The notes: generated by a model from the letters alone, not told the origin. 64,000 bases of DNA from Calcarisporiella thermophila CBS 279.70 (GCF_041956535.1 NW_027192222.1:62001-126000); one strand, 5' to 3'; positions 1 through 12,904 are shown, numbered from the stretch's first letter. A program made the numbers and translations.

Positions 1-872
<872 letters not shown>

Positions 873-1043
873 GAAACGATATCGAAAATCCTTGGAGATC
901 TATGAGATCTAAGACTTGCATGCGCGAGATAATATTCCTTTGAAGCTCAAAAAAAGACCTTGTTGTGACTGCTAGAGGCTTAGAGCAACTTTGAAATTCG
1001 ACACCAAGTGGATTGAAGGGTAGCGAAGGACATCACAACGGCA

Positions 1044-2174
1044 ATGTCGTCCAAACCAAAACCGAGCAAAGAGGAGGTTCGGCGACTATTTTCGCAAACA
1101 CGTAACACACGCCAAGAGAGAATTAATTCTCCTCTCGCACGCTACGATGCTCTCGGTAAACTCTCATGTATTGTGTGCAACTGCGTGATTAAGAATGAAG
1201 CAATCTGGAGTGCCCATTTGGGGAGCAAGCAACACAAGGAAAATTTTGCCGCTCTAAAGGATGCAAAAGAAAAACTGGTAAAACAGACTAAAACGGGAGA
1301 AAAAAGGAGACAGGAAGAGGAAGATCGGGTAAGAGGAGACGGAATGCGGGAGGATGAATTGAATGGCAAGAAGAGGATTAAAGTAAATGAGGAAATAGAA
1401 ACGCAGAATGAGGTGATGCCCGAGCAGAAGAAATCGGAAGAGGAAATAGAAGAGGAGGAGAAGGAAGGCTCGCTACCTGCTGACTTCTTTGATGCTCAGG
1501 ATGCTAGAACAAATACAGCCGCTCCGCATGAGGAAGAAGATGAAAATGCACCCACGCTGCCAGCTGATTTCTTCGATGTGCCACCGTCCAAAACCTCCGA
1601 GGCCCCAACTGAGAATCGAGAGGATGCCATTTCAAAACTTCCTACCGACTTCTTCGACTCGACCAAAAAACCTGCCGCCTCCGTTCCTTCCTCCGCCAAT
1701 ACCAAGGCTCTTGAAGAGCTCGAGAAAAAGGTTATTCAAGAGGGATATGAGCTATTCAAGAAAGAAATAGCGGCAGAAGAAACTCAAACTGCTGCTGCTG
1801 AGCCTCCGACAGCTGGACCTCCGACAGCTGGACCTCCGACTGCTGAACTGGGGGACGAGGACGACTTTTTGCGCGATCGCGACGAGGCACAAGCGTTCCA
1901 ACAGGATGTGCTAAGGGATCGTCTCATGCACCTGAAACAAGCCCGTCAAGTGGGACAACCGAAATCCTATGCCGAGCTCAAATTGGAGAGAAACATGTAC
2001 TATGACGAACAAACGGAGGAAGAGGTGGAGGAGGTTGCAAATGCGACGCGAATGATGGTCGCCAATTTGAATCGTCGGAAAAAGGGGGATAAGGAGGAGG
2101 AGGAAGAAGAGGAAAGCAGTATGGATGAAGAGGAGTATGAAGAGTTGATGGATTGGAGAGTGAGAACATTATGA
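1044..2174 (+). CDS. ZNF830: ZNF830/CCDC16-like U1-type zinc finger protein
   Basis: RINSPLARY..LSCIVC..W.AHLGSKQHKEN zinc finger, LP(A/T)DFFD motifs, coiled coil, C-terminal DWR; single 376-aa ORF. Confidence 0.8.
   Translation: MSSKPKPSKEEVRRLFSQTRNTRQERINSPLARYDALGKLSCIVCNCVIKNEAIWSAHLGSKQHKENFAALKDAKEKLVKQTKTGEKRRQEEEDRVRGDGMREDELNGKKRIKVNEEIETQNEVMPEQKKSEEEIEEEEKEGSLPADFFDAQDARTNTAAPHEEEDENAPTLPADFFDVPPSKTSEAPTENREDAISKLPTDFFDSTKKPAASVPSSANTKALEELEKKVIQEGYELFKKEIAAEETQTAAAEPPTAGPPTAGPPTAELGDEDDFLRDRDEAQAFQQDVLRDRLMHLKQARQVGQPKSYAELKLERNMYYDEQTEEEVEEVANATRMMVANLNRRKKGDKEEEEEEESSMDEEEYEELMDWRVRTL
1803..1845 (+). repeat. 15-bp coding tandem repeat (cctccgacagctgga, about 3 copies) encoding PPTAG
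   Basis: Direct reading of the sequence. Confidence 0.9.
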
Positions 2175-2690
2175 GCCTTTTTGTAAATTTTCCTGTTTTT
2201 ATTGTTCAATAACCTCCTTTTGTTTTTTCCTTCTAATGCACTATACCTCAAACCTACAAAAACACAACGACCTCATAAAAATACCTGCTAGACTTTCACA
2301 CCGACTTTCACTTTCATTTTACAGAAAACTCCTTGGCCTATCTGTACGAAAACAGATCTGGCTCAAATAACCCATACGAGCCACTTTGTATCATTGCGAG
2401 AGTACCATTAAAAGGAACTCTGTGATGTTCTTCTTAGGCATTTGGGTATTGATCGGACTAGAGATGGAAGCATGTCTCTCTGGTGCCCATGCATCTACAG
2501 GGTTTATTCACTTGGAGATTGTTTCTCGGGAAAAATCAGAGAGCCCGAAATGGCTATTTTTTTCTTTCGAACCACTATGCATATTCAATAATACAAAGAA
2601 AATAAACTTGAGCAAAACTGCTCTTCAGATGCCTTTTCTCAAACAATACTTTATTGGATATATAAACGCAAAATTAAACACTTGCCACCG

Positions 2691-4070
2691 CTATTCCTCA
2701 ATGGGCTCTATGCTCCCCTCTTCTCTTGTTGCAATCTCTTCTCTCTTCCGCCTCAGAATCAGGTTTCCACGCCAATGCACCACTCCCCACACTCCAAGCA
2801 TGATCACCACCAATATCACCTCGTAGGGGAGTAGCGATTCTCGTCCCAGCGTCTGCGCCAAGAATCCCCCAAGCCAGTTCAACACGGCAGACCCCGTGCA
2901 CGACAGTGCCGCCACAAATCCGATGGCCGTTGTTTGAAGTCGTGGAGGCAAATAGTCTGCAAGACATGAGACCGTAGTGGGTAAAATGGGTCCGAGCCCG
3001 AATCCGACTAGAAACAACCCAATGCCTAGCGCTGGTTCGACTTTTCCAAACCACACGATAATGAGGCCGGCCAGCGTTAGCAACAAGGAGCCATAGACGA
3101 GGCGCATTTTCCCGATCCGCTCCGCAAAAAAGCCGAGAACGAGGCGCCCAACCGTCATCCCGAGCCAGTACATGCTGACAAGCCAACCGGAAATATACTC
3201 GGAATGTTGCCGGGAGAGCAGCAGGCTGTACGTCCAACTCCCCATGGCAACCTCAGCCCCCACATAAATAAAACACAGCACGCTACATAGCCATACGATG
3301 CCAACCCGTAGCGTAAGGATGGTTACATTTCCGGTCTCGCGCGCCTCTGCTTCCTCTGCCCCTTTCTCTTCACCCGTGATAGCGTAATCGGCTGGTAATG
3401 AGCGAAACACAGTCAGCACTCCGATCAGTGGCAAAGCGCTCACGCCACACAGTACAAAGTACACACGGTACCAGGGTAACCCTGCTTGCACGGTGCAGGC
3501 GGTGGCGATCAACGGGCCGATCCACGCTCCCACCCCATAAAGCGCGTGTAGGTAGTTGAGCAGTGCGGCGTTGTTTGGAAAGCGTACAATGTATGCGTTA
3601 TAGCCCGCATCGATTCCGGCGACGGCAATGCCGGTCACGATCATCATAGAGAGGAGGGCCGGGAAAGGAGGCCCAAATCCATTCACCAGGACCGCGATCA
3701 CATACAGCACATTGACACCGGCTAGGTAGACTCGGATCCCAATTTTTTCAATGATCCAGCCCGCGGAAAAGGCCGAGATCAAATACCCAATGAGGTTGAA
3801 AATGAACACCAGGGCAACGTGCACGTCGTCCACCCCATAGTGCTGCTTCATGGCTGGGAGCAAAACGCCAGGCGTACCGTCGTTAATACCCACCAAAACA
3901 AGCCCGAGATAAGAAACGCCAATCGATGTCCACCACCACCAGGGCCATTTGGGCAATGAAAGCATGGGTTTTTGTACAATGTCTTTGGAAAGCGGCTGAG
4001 GAAGGGTGGCTTGAGGTATGGAGGGGGCAGTAGAGGCAATCGCATCCCCTGTGGCTAGGGATCCAGCCAT
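2691..4070 (-). CDS. MFS transporter (TsgA/FucP/Bsc6-like), intronless, paralog 1
   Basis: About 12 hydrophobic segments; NDG.PG.LLP, LNYLHA.YGVGA.IGP, YVG.EV..G.W and GR...G motifs; first ATG at 4070. Confidence 0.9.
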   Translation of the reverse strand: MAGSLATGDAIASTAPSIPQATLPQPLSKDIVQKPMLSLPKWPWWWWTSIGVSYLGLVLVGINDGTPGVLLPAMKQHYGVDDVHVALVFIFNLIGYLISAFSAGWIIEKIGIRVYLAGVNVLYVIAVLVNGFGPPFPALLSMMIVTGIAVAGIDAGYNAYIVRFPNNAALLNYLHALYGVGAWIGPLIATACTVQAGLPWYRVYFVLCGVSALPLIGVLTVFRSLPADYAITGEEKGAEEAEARETGNVTILTLRVGIVWLCSVLCFIYVGAEVAMGSWTYSLLLSRQHSEYISGWLVSMYWLGMTVGRLVLGFFAERIGKMRLVYGSLLLTLAGLIIVWFGKVEPALGIGLFLVGFGLGPILPTTVSCLADYLPPRLQTTAIGFVAALSCTGSAVLNWLGGFLAQTLGRESLLPYEVILVVIMLGVWGVVHWRGNLILRRKREEIATREEGSIEPIEE

Positions 4071-4603
4071 GATGGTAACGTAAGATAAGTAAAGAGTGGA
4101 TTGTTCTAGCAACACAAGAGTCGGCGAACGTGATGTTCACATTTATTTATATGGCAGACACTTTTTTGGACATAGGATGAGGTGTGTCATTTGAGAATAT
4201 AAATTTCCATATTTGCATAAAAAAATAATTTCCTCCTCCAGTTGTTTTTCCATAAAAGTATATTACCCTACGTGATTAAATATAAGGGATGATATCGAAG
4301 GAAGAAAAGATATAATAACTCCAAGACAGGCGCTTTAAGGGCAAAATTTTTTCAAACTAGTCCCATTGAGAAAGAAATAAAGTCCCACTTGGTTGATTTT
4401 TGGAAAGGTCAAAGAACAAAACTCCTTTCCGCTTCAAATATCCCATGTAATAGACCAGATAAACGGGAGATGGGTTCGGGTGTATAGAGTATCTTGTCTA
4501 CAAAAAGGTGGTGGGTATTTCACTGCACCTCTGGCCTGGAGAAATCGATCGCAGCAAATCCATGGGAGGCTGATGCGAAGAGAGGCAGGCCGCTCCGCCA
4601 AAA

Positions 4604-6010
4604 TCAGCATTGCTCCCCTGCATTTTCCGCGGTTCTCTCTCCTTGCCTGCTCGCCGCCTCCTCCTCCTCCTTCTTCCGCTTCAGAAGTAAGTTTCCACGC
4701 CAGTGCACCACTCCCCACACTCCAAGCATGATCACCACCAATATCACCTCGTAGGGGAGCAGCGACTCTCGCCCCAGCGTCTGCGCCAAGAATCCCCCAA
4801 ACCAGTTCAACACCGCTGACCCTACGCACGAAAACGCCGCCACAAACCCGATCGCCGTGGTCTGGATCCGCGTGGGCAAATAGTCTGTCAGGCACGAGAT
4901 GGCCGTAGGAAACACGGGCCCCAATCCAAATCCAACGATGAACAGCCCGATTCCCAGCGCGGGCTCCACTCTTCCGAACCAAACAATGAAGAGGCCGGCC
5001 AAAGTGAGGGTCAAGGAGCCATAGATCAATCGCATCTTCCCGACCCGCTCGGCCGCATGGCCCAAAACCACACGCCCCATGGTCAAACCGAGCCAGTAGA
5101 TGCTAACAAGCCAGCCCGAAATGTACTCCGAATGCTGCCGGGAGAGGAGCAAGCTGTAGGACCAATTCCCCATCGCCACCTCCGTCCCAACATAGACGAA
5201 AAACATGAGCCCACAGAGCCATACGATGCCAACTCGAAGCGCCAGCACAATGACGTTGCCCTCTTTCTCTTGCTCCGTCTCCAGACCGGCGGACGCGTCC
5301 TTTTGATCGCCCTTGACCGCAAAGTCGGCGGGCAGGGAGCGAAACACGGTCAGCACGCCGATCAGCGGCAAAGCGCTCACGCCACAAAGCACAAAGTACA
5401 CGCGGTACCAGGGCCATCCTGCCTGCACGGTGCAGGCAGTGGCAATCAAGGGCCCGATCCACGCCCCTACCCCATAAAATGCGTGGAGATAGTTGAGCAG
5501 GACCGTGTTATTGGGAAAGCGCACAATGTAGGCGTTGTATCCAGCGTCAATTCCAGCCACCGCGGCTCCGATCAAAATCATCATGGCTAGCAGCGCAGGA
5601 AAGGGTGGACCGAATCCGTTGACAAGCGTTGCTATCACATACAACACATTGACGCCGCCCAAGAAGATGCGAATACCCACTTTCTCGACGATCCAGCCCG
5701 TCAGGAAGGAAGAGATCAAATAGCCGATGAGATTAAAGATAAACACCAGAGCAATCCGCACATCATCGACGCCGTAGAATTCTTTCATGGGGGGGAGCAG
5801 GACGCCGGGGGTGCCATCATTGGTGCCAATGACGATCAGGCCGAGATAGGACACCGCGATCGAGGTCCACCACCACCAGGGCCATTGGCGCCACGTGGGG
5901 GGGTGGACGAGGGTGGAATCTTGGGTGGACACCTGGGAGAGATCCTGGCTCTCCATGGTCCGGAGAGTGGGCTTTTCGGTATCTGTGGGCGGAGGCGAGA
6001 TCTCGGACAT
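4604..6010 (-). CDS. MFS transporter, intronless, tandem paralog 2
   Basis: Same motifs as paralog 1 with high protein identity; first ATG at 6010. Confidence 0.9.
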   Translation of the reverse strand: MSEISPPPTDTEKPTLRTMESQDLSQVSTQDSTLVHPPTWRQWPWWWWTSIAVSYLGLIVIGTNDGTPGVLLPPMKEFYGVDDVRIALVFIFNLIGYLISSFLTGWIVEKVGIRIFLGGVNVLYVIATLVNGFGPPFPALLAMMILIGAAVAGIDAGYNAYIVRFPNNTVLLNYLHAFYGVGAWIGPLIATACTVQAGWPWYRVYFVLCGVSALPLIGVLTVFRSLPADFAVKGDQKDASAGLETEQEKEGNVIVLALRVGIVWLCGLMFFVYVGTEVAMGNWSYSLLLSRQHSEYISGWLVSIYWLGLTMGRVVLGHAAERVGKMRLIYGSLTLTLAGLFIVWFGRVEPALGIGLFIVGFGLGPVFPTAISCLTDYLPTRIQTTAIGFVAAFSCVGSAVLNWFGGFLAQTLGRESLLPYEVILVVIMLGVWGVVHWRGNLLLKRKKEEEEAASRQGERTAENAGEQC

Positions 6011-6523
6011 GGAGGGTAAAGAGAATTCAGACACAGCTTAAATAGGAAAATAAATAAATACTAGACAATGGATGGGAGTGGAGAGTGTTCCATGTAAATA
6101 GTGACCTCCCCTCTATATATACAAAAACGTTCTACCACAAACAACCACCGCAAACACTAAACATGGCGTGACAAGCCAAGTATTGTCAAAGATGACTCAA
6201 TGGAATCGTGGAACCCGAGCCGTTCTAGTTGCCAACTCAAGCCGGGAGCGATGGCGCAGCAAGATCTGGGGATCACAGGGTGCTTGGGAAAACTTGCCAA
6301 TGCGACCCTGTGAAACTGGAAAAAACACTAATGACCATTCCAGGGACCGGAAAGGTCTGGCATATTTTTAGAGACTCTAAGGGCAAAACCTGTCATGTTT
6401 TTATTGGGGAAAACATATATAGATAAAAAAAAATCCACCGTTATGTATAAGGAAGAGAGTATAAGCAATGGAAGCATGGGGGGGAAAAAAGTCTCACACA
6501 CAAAGCACAACTAGAATAACACA

Positions 6524-7990
6524 CTAAAGCTCCCGCTCAAGCTGTGCAGCAGCCGATCTAAAGCCTTTAATTTTGCTGCATTCGGCTTTAAGGTTATCCG
6601 CACGGGGGGTGTCCCACTCGCCCGACGCCATGAATGCACGCATGTAGCGCAAACATACCTCCTCACGGAAGTTGTCGTAAAGCTTGCGATTATATTTCCT
6701 CTACAGTAGCAGGAGGGGGGGGGGGAGAGAGATGAGTTAGCCAGGGTGCAAATACCGTCACTCATCAGGAGGGAGGGGGGGAAGCTTACCTCCTTCTTAC
6801 GACTGCTCTCGGGATACGGATGGGTCTGATGGATCAGAAAATCGTTGGGGAGCACCCAGTAGTCGATGCCGCTCAGGTAGATCTCGTAGAGACAGGCGGC
6901 CTTGTTTGCGCCGTAGCCGACAAAGCGCTCGTCACACCAGGGAGAGCCCTCTTTGCGGTAGATGATGTACGGCTCATAGCTGTACTGGTAGGAGGTGACC
7001 TTGTACGGCTCGGTGCTGTCATACCAGCGGGTATAGTTGGTTGAGCCGTGCCCGCGCCACCAGCTCCGATGGAACATGTCGATCTTGTCGTCGCGCTGGA
7101 TTTTCACCAACTCCTGCTTGGTGGTGGGGAAGGTTTTGTAGTCCATGCCGTCCTCTTGCTCGTTGAACTCGAACGCCGGGACGACGAGAGCGCCCTTTCC
7201 TTCGCGCAGCACCTGCATCAGCTTGGGATCGTTTTGAATGGATTTGCGGAAGTCGGTGCACAGGTGGAAGTCGACATCCAGCATCATCACATAGTTACTG
7301 CGAGCGAAGAATTTGGCCACATTGCGCCACATGTTAAACTGGCGCTCGAAGGGATCGACCACCAGATGGATGTCCACGAATGTCTTCATATGAGGATTCT
7401 CATCGTACATGGCATGGAGGCTCTCGAGGAGCTGATCCTTGCTGTCATCATCCTGGACATGGATTGCGACCGACACTGGGCCTAGAGGGTGGGGGGGGGG
7501 TAAAGAAAAGGAGCCATTAGGATTCATCTGGCGGATGCAGGGGGAAGTAGAGGGCCACAGATCCGGCCATGGAATAGATCAATCTACCTTGATAGTGGGT
7601 CACCAAACGACTGAACACCGTGAACCGATTCGCCGTCACCAGGGTAGCGATGGTGATGTCCTCCTTCTCCGGCACCCGCTCTGCCTTGAAATAGTAGGGG
7701 ATCACTCTGCTGGGGCCCATTGCATCGGAAAATACCTTCGAGAGCATGAATGACTCCGGCATATCCTCCGTCACCCCAAGGGAGTTGGACCACTTGAGCT
7801 GCTGCGGCGATTGCGGGATCGCAAGCAGCTCCTTTGGATTGGGCGGAATGGGTTTAGGTTTTAGGCGGGGCTCTCCCCGGTAGAGTTCAAAGAGGTGATG
7901 GGCGGTGTAGAGGAGCGAGATGACTAGGTAGCCGATGAAGACATACTTTAATAGCTTAGATGCGGACTTGACGAGCTCTGAATCCTTCAT
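6524..7990 (-). CDS. Glycosyltransferase family 49 (LARGE/B4GAT1-like), three coding exons
   Basis: N-terminal TM anchor; FNMWRNVAK, MMLDVDF, ALVVPAFE, YEPY and WCDERFVGYGANKAAC motifs; GT-AG introns near 7.59-7.48 kb and 6.79-6.70 kb. Confidence 0.9.
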
Positions 7991-10651
7991 AATGATGCTC
8001 TGCGTGAATTAGATGAAATGGGGGAGGGAGGAGAAAATATACGGCGGAGGGGGAGAAGAGGGAATGAGAAAGGGGGATGGGGTGGCTTTATAAGATCGAT
8101 GCGCAACAATGAGTATGGAGTAGACGGGGAGGGGGCTAAGTAGATGAATGAGAAAAACGAGTCGTATACAAAGTTCGAATAAATATTTGGGATGAGTGGT
8201 ATACCCGTAGCGAAAGGTTCTGTCTATTTTTTGCTCTGTGCTGGAACACAAATAAAAGGTTCGCAAAAACAGAGCCATTCCTAACCAACTTGGAAATTGA
8301 ACAGCCTGAGGGATAGTTTTGGATAGACGGAGATATTCTCATGGTCGATTTTTACTTTGAGGAAAACAGAAGGGAGAAGAATAAAGAATAAAAAAATGCT
8401 TGAAGAATTGGGTTATATAACTAATGACAACGAAGAGGGGGGGGGGGAGGGACAAGATATAGCTGCAAAGTATAGGAGGCTTACAGGGAAAAAAAAAATA
8501 TGTACACAGTCATGGACAGAGAAAGAAACCAGAAACCCATTTCATGTAGAGCCGAATGGTTTTTGCACTCGGTGAGGTCTGCTTCGCGGCCGCTGCTGTT
8601 TCCCGATGTCGGCCACGAGCCTGAGGAGCGGGTCGTATTTGAGCCGCAAGAAAAACGCCATTTGCCGAGATTGCCTTCGGGTGGGCGTGGGCGTTTGCGG
8701 GTGGAACTGGTGGGCGTGGAAGGGCAGCTGCGTGGTAGCCATTGCGGAGAGGCGAGGGGAGGAGGGGGAGTTGGGAATGAGAAGAGGATATGAAGCTGGC
8801 TGCTTAGCAAGAGGAGGAGGAGCCGGGAGAAAGCGAGGTTGAGCAAGGAGTCGATGCGTCAATAAAAAAGTCGGAACGAGACGACCGGCTTCTCCACTCG
8901 AACCTGTGACTTCTCGGCTAGCATGTGGGGCGAGGTCATGGCCAGAATAATCCCGCTCTCTTTTTTTTGTCTCTGATTCTTTTCATGCAACAGCAGAAAC
9001 CAAACGGAAATCAGACTCGCCGCGTATTACCCAGGAAACACCCGCCGGGCCCACGTTTGCCCAGAGCCCAAGCCGGCAAACAAGAGCGAACCTTCTCTGC
9101 CTCTGACAAATGCAGCAACAAACATGCTGCTGCGGGCGGAGGGGGCCAGCCGCTTGGTGAATTTTGCGGCAAACTCAAGCACAACGGGTCAAGGTTTAGG
9201 GGAGATTCACCACAAAATTAAGTGCATTTTCACTCCGCCGTCTGCTGACCCTCTGCCCCCATCCAATCCCCCCGCCATTGCTCACCAGCGCGAAGCTCCC
9301 CTCTGCGCGCCCCCCCCCTTCCCCAATCCTGAGCAGCACCGCCAGCCCAATTTCGGGCATCCCGCATCCGCCTGCACTTCCTTTTCTGCCCCCTCCTGGG
9401 GTGCACGCACCCTGCCTATTCCCTATCGAACGTGCTCGTCCGGATTATTAAGCACATGGCGGAGAGCCGGCCCACCCCTCGCCTTCCTCCTCCTGTATTC
9501 TCGCCCAGTGCATACGGCACAACACAGCCGTTTGACAAGCTTTGTTTTCACTTAAGGCATGACTGCATTTTAATCGTGGATGCAGAAACACGATGGTCCT
9601 CGTTCCTCAGCCGCTTACGCCTTTCCAGGCGAGAGAAGCCGACGAACTGACGTAGCCCATGGGGAGGGTGAGGTTGAGGGAATTATAGTTTTACGGTGGT
9701 TGCGTGTCACGAAGCTTCCTGTATTACTTAATATGCATGTCTGATCTTCGGTCTTAACAAAAGCGTTTTTCCCTATGGGGTTTTAGGAGGGAGAGAAAAT
9801 TTCTCAATGCGAGATTCCATGAATTTCGGGGTATCAAATGGAAAAAACAATGAGCGGGTGGCTTGCAACCCCAGAGGAACCCCATCATTCCTGTACCTTC
9901 CATAGGCGAAAAAAGGGCCTAGTTCTTGCGGAGCCTGCTTGCTTTTTTCCATCAATATCCCCAATTCGAGAATGCAATCGGAGAGGGATCAAAAGCAAAC
10001 TCGAGTCTTTACGAGAACGCGAATTCTTCGCACTGCCGCCAACTCCCCAAATGTTCTCCCCAGTAATTCATATACGTAGCTCTAGAGATTCAGTAAGATT
10101 TTATTTAAGTTGGTAATGTTTGCGGATTAAAAGCCGTGTGTAGAATGGCTGGCGAAGCTGCTGTTCTGAGGTCACTGTCAGGAGAGAATACAATAGAACA
10201 CCGCGTATCACGTAAAATCTCTCCCCAAATAGGGATACTAGAGCCATACTATGCCGCTACTTAATGGTGTAGTTAGAAAATGGCATACTTCTCCCTCTCT
10301 CTGTATTGCTTTTCTTTGTCGTTTACGGAATCTTTCGTCGAGAACTTGGAGGAGAACAGATAACCAGGGCCCCCTTAAGAGGTCATCCGTATTTCTAAGA
10401 GTAGACCAAAAAAAAATCCGGTATCAGTGTGGAATTTGATCCATCAGAGGAGGCTGATATCTTTTATTCAAATGCAATATTAAATAATAAAGTGAGGAAA
10501 CGGGGAATGGTAAACAGACACCCCTCTATGTTTATTGTTGCCTGTCTTTGGTGCTAAATCACGTTGTGCATTCTAATCAACTGGTGTTTTTTATTGTTTG
10601 AAACTTTTCTTCTTCAACAGGAAAAGAATCACTTTTAGTCCATTCTCTAAA

Positions 10652-11380
10652 CTAGGTAGTCGTGGGACACCGGTTGAAACCCGCGAAGATATCATCCAAG
10701 ATAGGCTGAGTGGCATCCATACTGTAGAACTCGTTGACTACCGAGGCTTGGGAAGAAGGGGTTACAAAATCCACTCTAACCCACGCCCCTTTCCGGTCGA
10801 AATAAAACGTAACAGGGGTTTCCCCAAACATAGCAACCCACTTGTCACAGAGACCATGCTGCTCCAGCATCGCTTCTCCAGAAAAACTGGCACGCGACTC
10901 CTTCAGAAAAGTCGCAGGAAGCGCTTGAAAGACGGTTGAGGCAGCAGGGATATTGTAGGTAACACAGTCCTGTTTCTCCATGCTGTCTCTCGTGAAAATC
11001 ACGTTGGTGGCATTTCCGTCCTGCCGGTTGAAGTCAAAGGTAGAAATATGGATCCCTCCAGCAGTGGGACCACGCTCTGTTGCGTTGTTGCTTCTCCAGC
11101 CATATTGAGCGGAATCGACTCGAACGGCTTTTCGCTTGGCCGAACTCCAAATGACTCCCGAGGCTAGATGAGACAACCCAAATCCATTGCGGTCCCACTT
11201 ATGCTGTCTGAAATAGGTGACGTACTCCTCGGGTAAGAGGGGGTAGTCTTTTCCCGTGGCAAGGGTGTTAAACACGAATCGCTCTCCTAAGGGGTTAGCC
11301 GAATCGCCGTGGCCGGCAGTATGCGCGACGCTCATAGCTTGGAAAATAAGTAAAGAGGCCAACCATCCCTTGAAAACCAT
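10652..11380 (-). CDS. Secreted protein of unknown function (possible ependymin/LolA-like beta fold)
   Basis: Signal-peptide-like MVFKGWLASLLIFQAMSVAHTA, intronless, QHKWD..SH..SG motif, Cys residues and N-glycosylation sequons. Confidence 0.65.
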   Translation of the reverse strand: MVFKGWLASLLIFQAMSVAHTAGHGDSANPLGERFVFNTLATGKDYPLLPEEYVTYFRQHKWDRNGFGLSHLASGVIWSSAKRKAVRVDSAQYGWRSNNATERGPTAGGIHISTFDFNRQDGNATNVIFTRDSMEKQDCVTYNIPAASTVFQALPATFLKESRASFSGEAMLEQHGLCDKWVAMFGETPVTFYFDRKGAWVRVDFVTPSSQASVVNEFYSMDATQPILDDIFAGFNRCPTTT

Positions 11381-12904
11381 GGCTATTAGGCCCACGAATA
11401 AATTGGTTCCAACAGTTGGATGGTTCTTTTGTGCCGGCAAAGGTTTATATATGCTCCATGAGTATACCAAGAATTTTTTTTCTATAGCTTCGGCCAAGAT
11501 TTCATTCCTAATGTTGAATTTTGAATTAACCTTAATGAGCTCGGCCAATCCCCTTTGGGCACGGTGGCCAAGGAACTCCCCTCTTATGGTGCAAGTGGTT
11601 CCTGTGGAGTCTAAATCGAGCTCAATCAAGCTTGTAAGACCAAAATCAAGTAACATCGTCATGAAAAGCTTTGCCTTTTTATTTAACTATGGACCCCTTC
11701 TTGAAAAAGCCCTATGTAGTTAAGGAGCATGAGTGGCTATGCTGTGTAATCGATTTATGCAAATGGTTGCAGGCCTTGTTTTAATAATGGGTACAAAATA
11801 AAGTCAAAAGATAATGTCTGATATTTAAAGAGGGGGGTCTAGCCGCAGCCGTCCTCCTGTTTCGAGAAACCCCAATGAGTGAGAATGACGCTATGTTCCT
11901 TCTAGTAATAGAACGGACTGATTGATTGGGAATCCGAGTGCTTTAAATTCTATGATGAGAAATAATAGCGCTTGCAATTAATATTTTCGATGGGTGTCTC
12001 TGGTCATAATTTCGAAGCCCAAAAGTCTTCTTGTGCCCTCATTCGTTCTACGAATGCCCGTAGCGCAAATGTCAGGTTGGCCCGACCGAGCTAACGGTTA
12101 TATGCTTTCTTTCAGTGTCAGATAATTTTTCTTCTCTCAGAGCTAGCGTGTATTTGGAATGCGTTTCTTTGAAAAACAATCGGCAATTTTGATATTTTCC
12201 TTGGCAAATCCACCACTGTGAAGGCATGGAACTCGCTCTTGGAAATTAAGCGCACATTAAGCTCCAAAGGTGCAGTTTGCTTTACCTAGTGCTAAGGTTC
12301 AAGTTCTCTAGTTGGGTTTCTCACTCAACTATGAGTTATTATAAATGATAAGTAATAAAAGTGGTCAAAATCACGTTAGGTAGAACGGAATTAAGGCAAC
12401 CATGAACCGAAATTAGCCGGTATTATAGGGAGCTGTTAGGGCAATAGGATTCGTTCACATTCGAGGGTGAAGAGACGGCTGCTTGTTCATTATAATGTAT
12501 CCAAGTCGGTTGAAGTAGAGGAGAGAGGTGGTTGTGGGCGAAAGGAGGGGTTCTGGGTGACCTTGTTCGTCTTTGCCCATGCTCGTTCTTTATACGACTA
12601 TCATGAAGATGATGGGCGTAATAAAGCATGGTTTGCAAGTGGCTTGTGCCTAATATGTGGGGAGGGCGAATCAAAACTCTCCTTTTCCATACTTTTTATT
12701 ATGATTCACAGTGCATTATTGTCTTGTTTCATTGATACAAATCCAATATAAAGCTACCGCTTTGTCCCCCTCTTTTCGACATTAAGCTCCTCTCTACCAA
12801 ACTACCATTACTTGCTAGAATTTTATGGCTCTCTTCACTTCCATTAGCCTCTGTCCTAGTCATCCTACTTCTCTTCCTAATCAACACAACCTCAAACAAA
12901 GAAA

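Noticed and set aside
11381-11662. 94-codon N-terminal extension of the secreted protein
   Set aside because: Contains a TATA-like element and promoter-like sequence; the signal peptide starts at ATG 11380.
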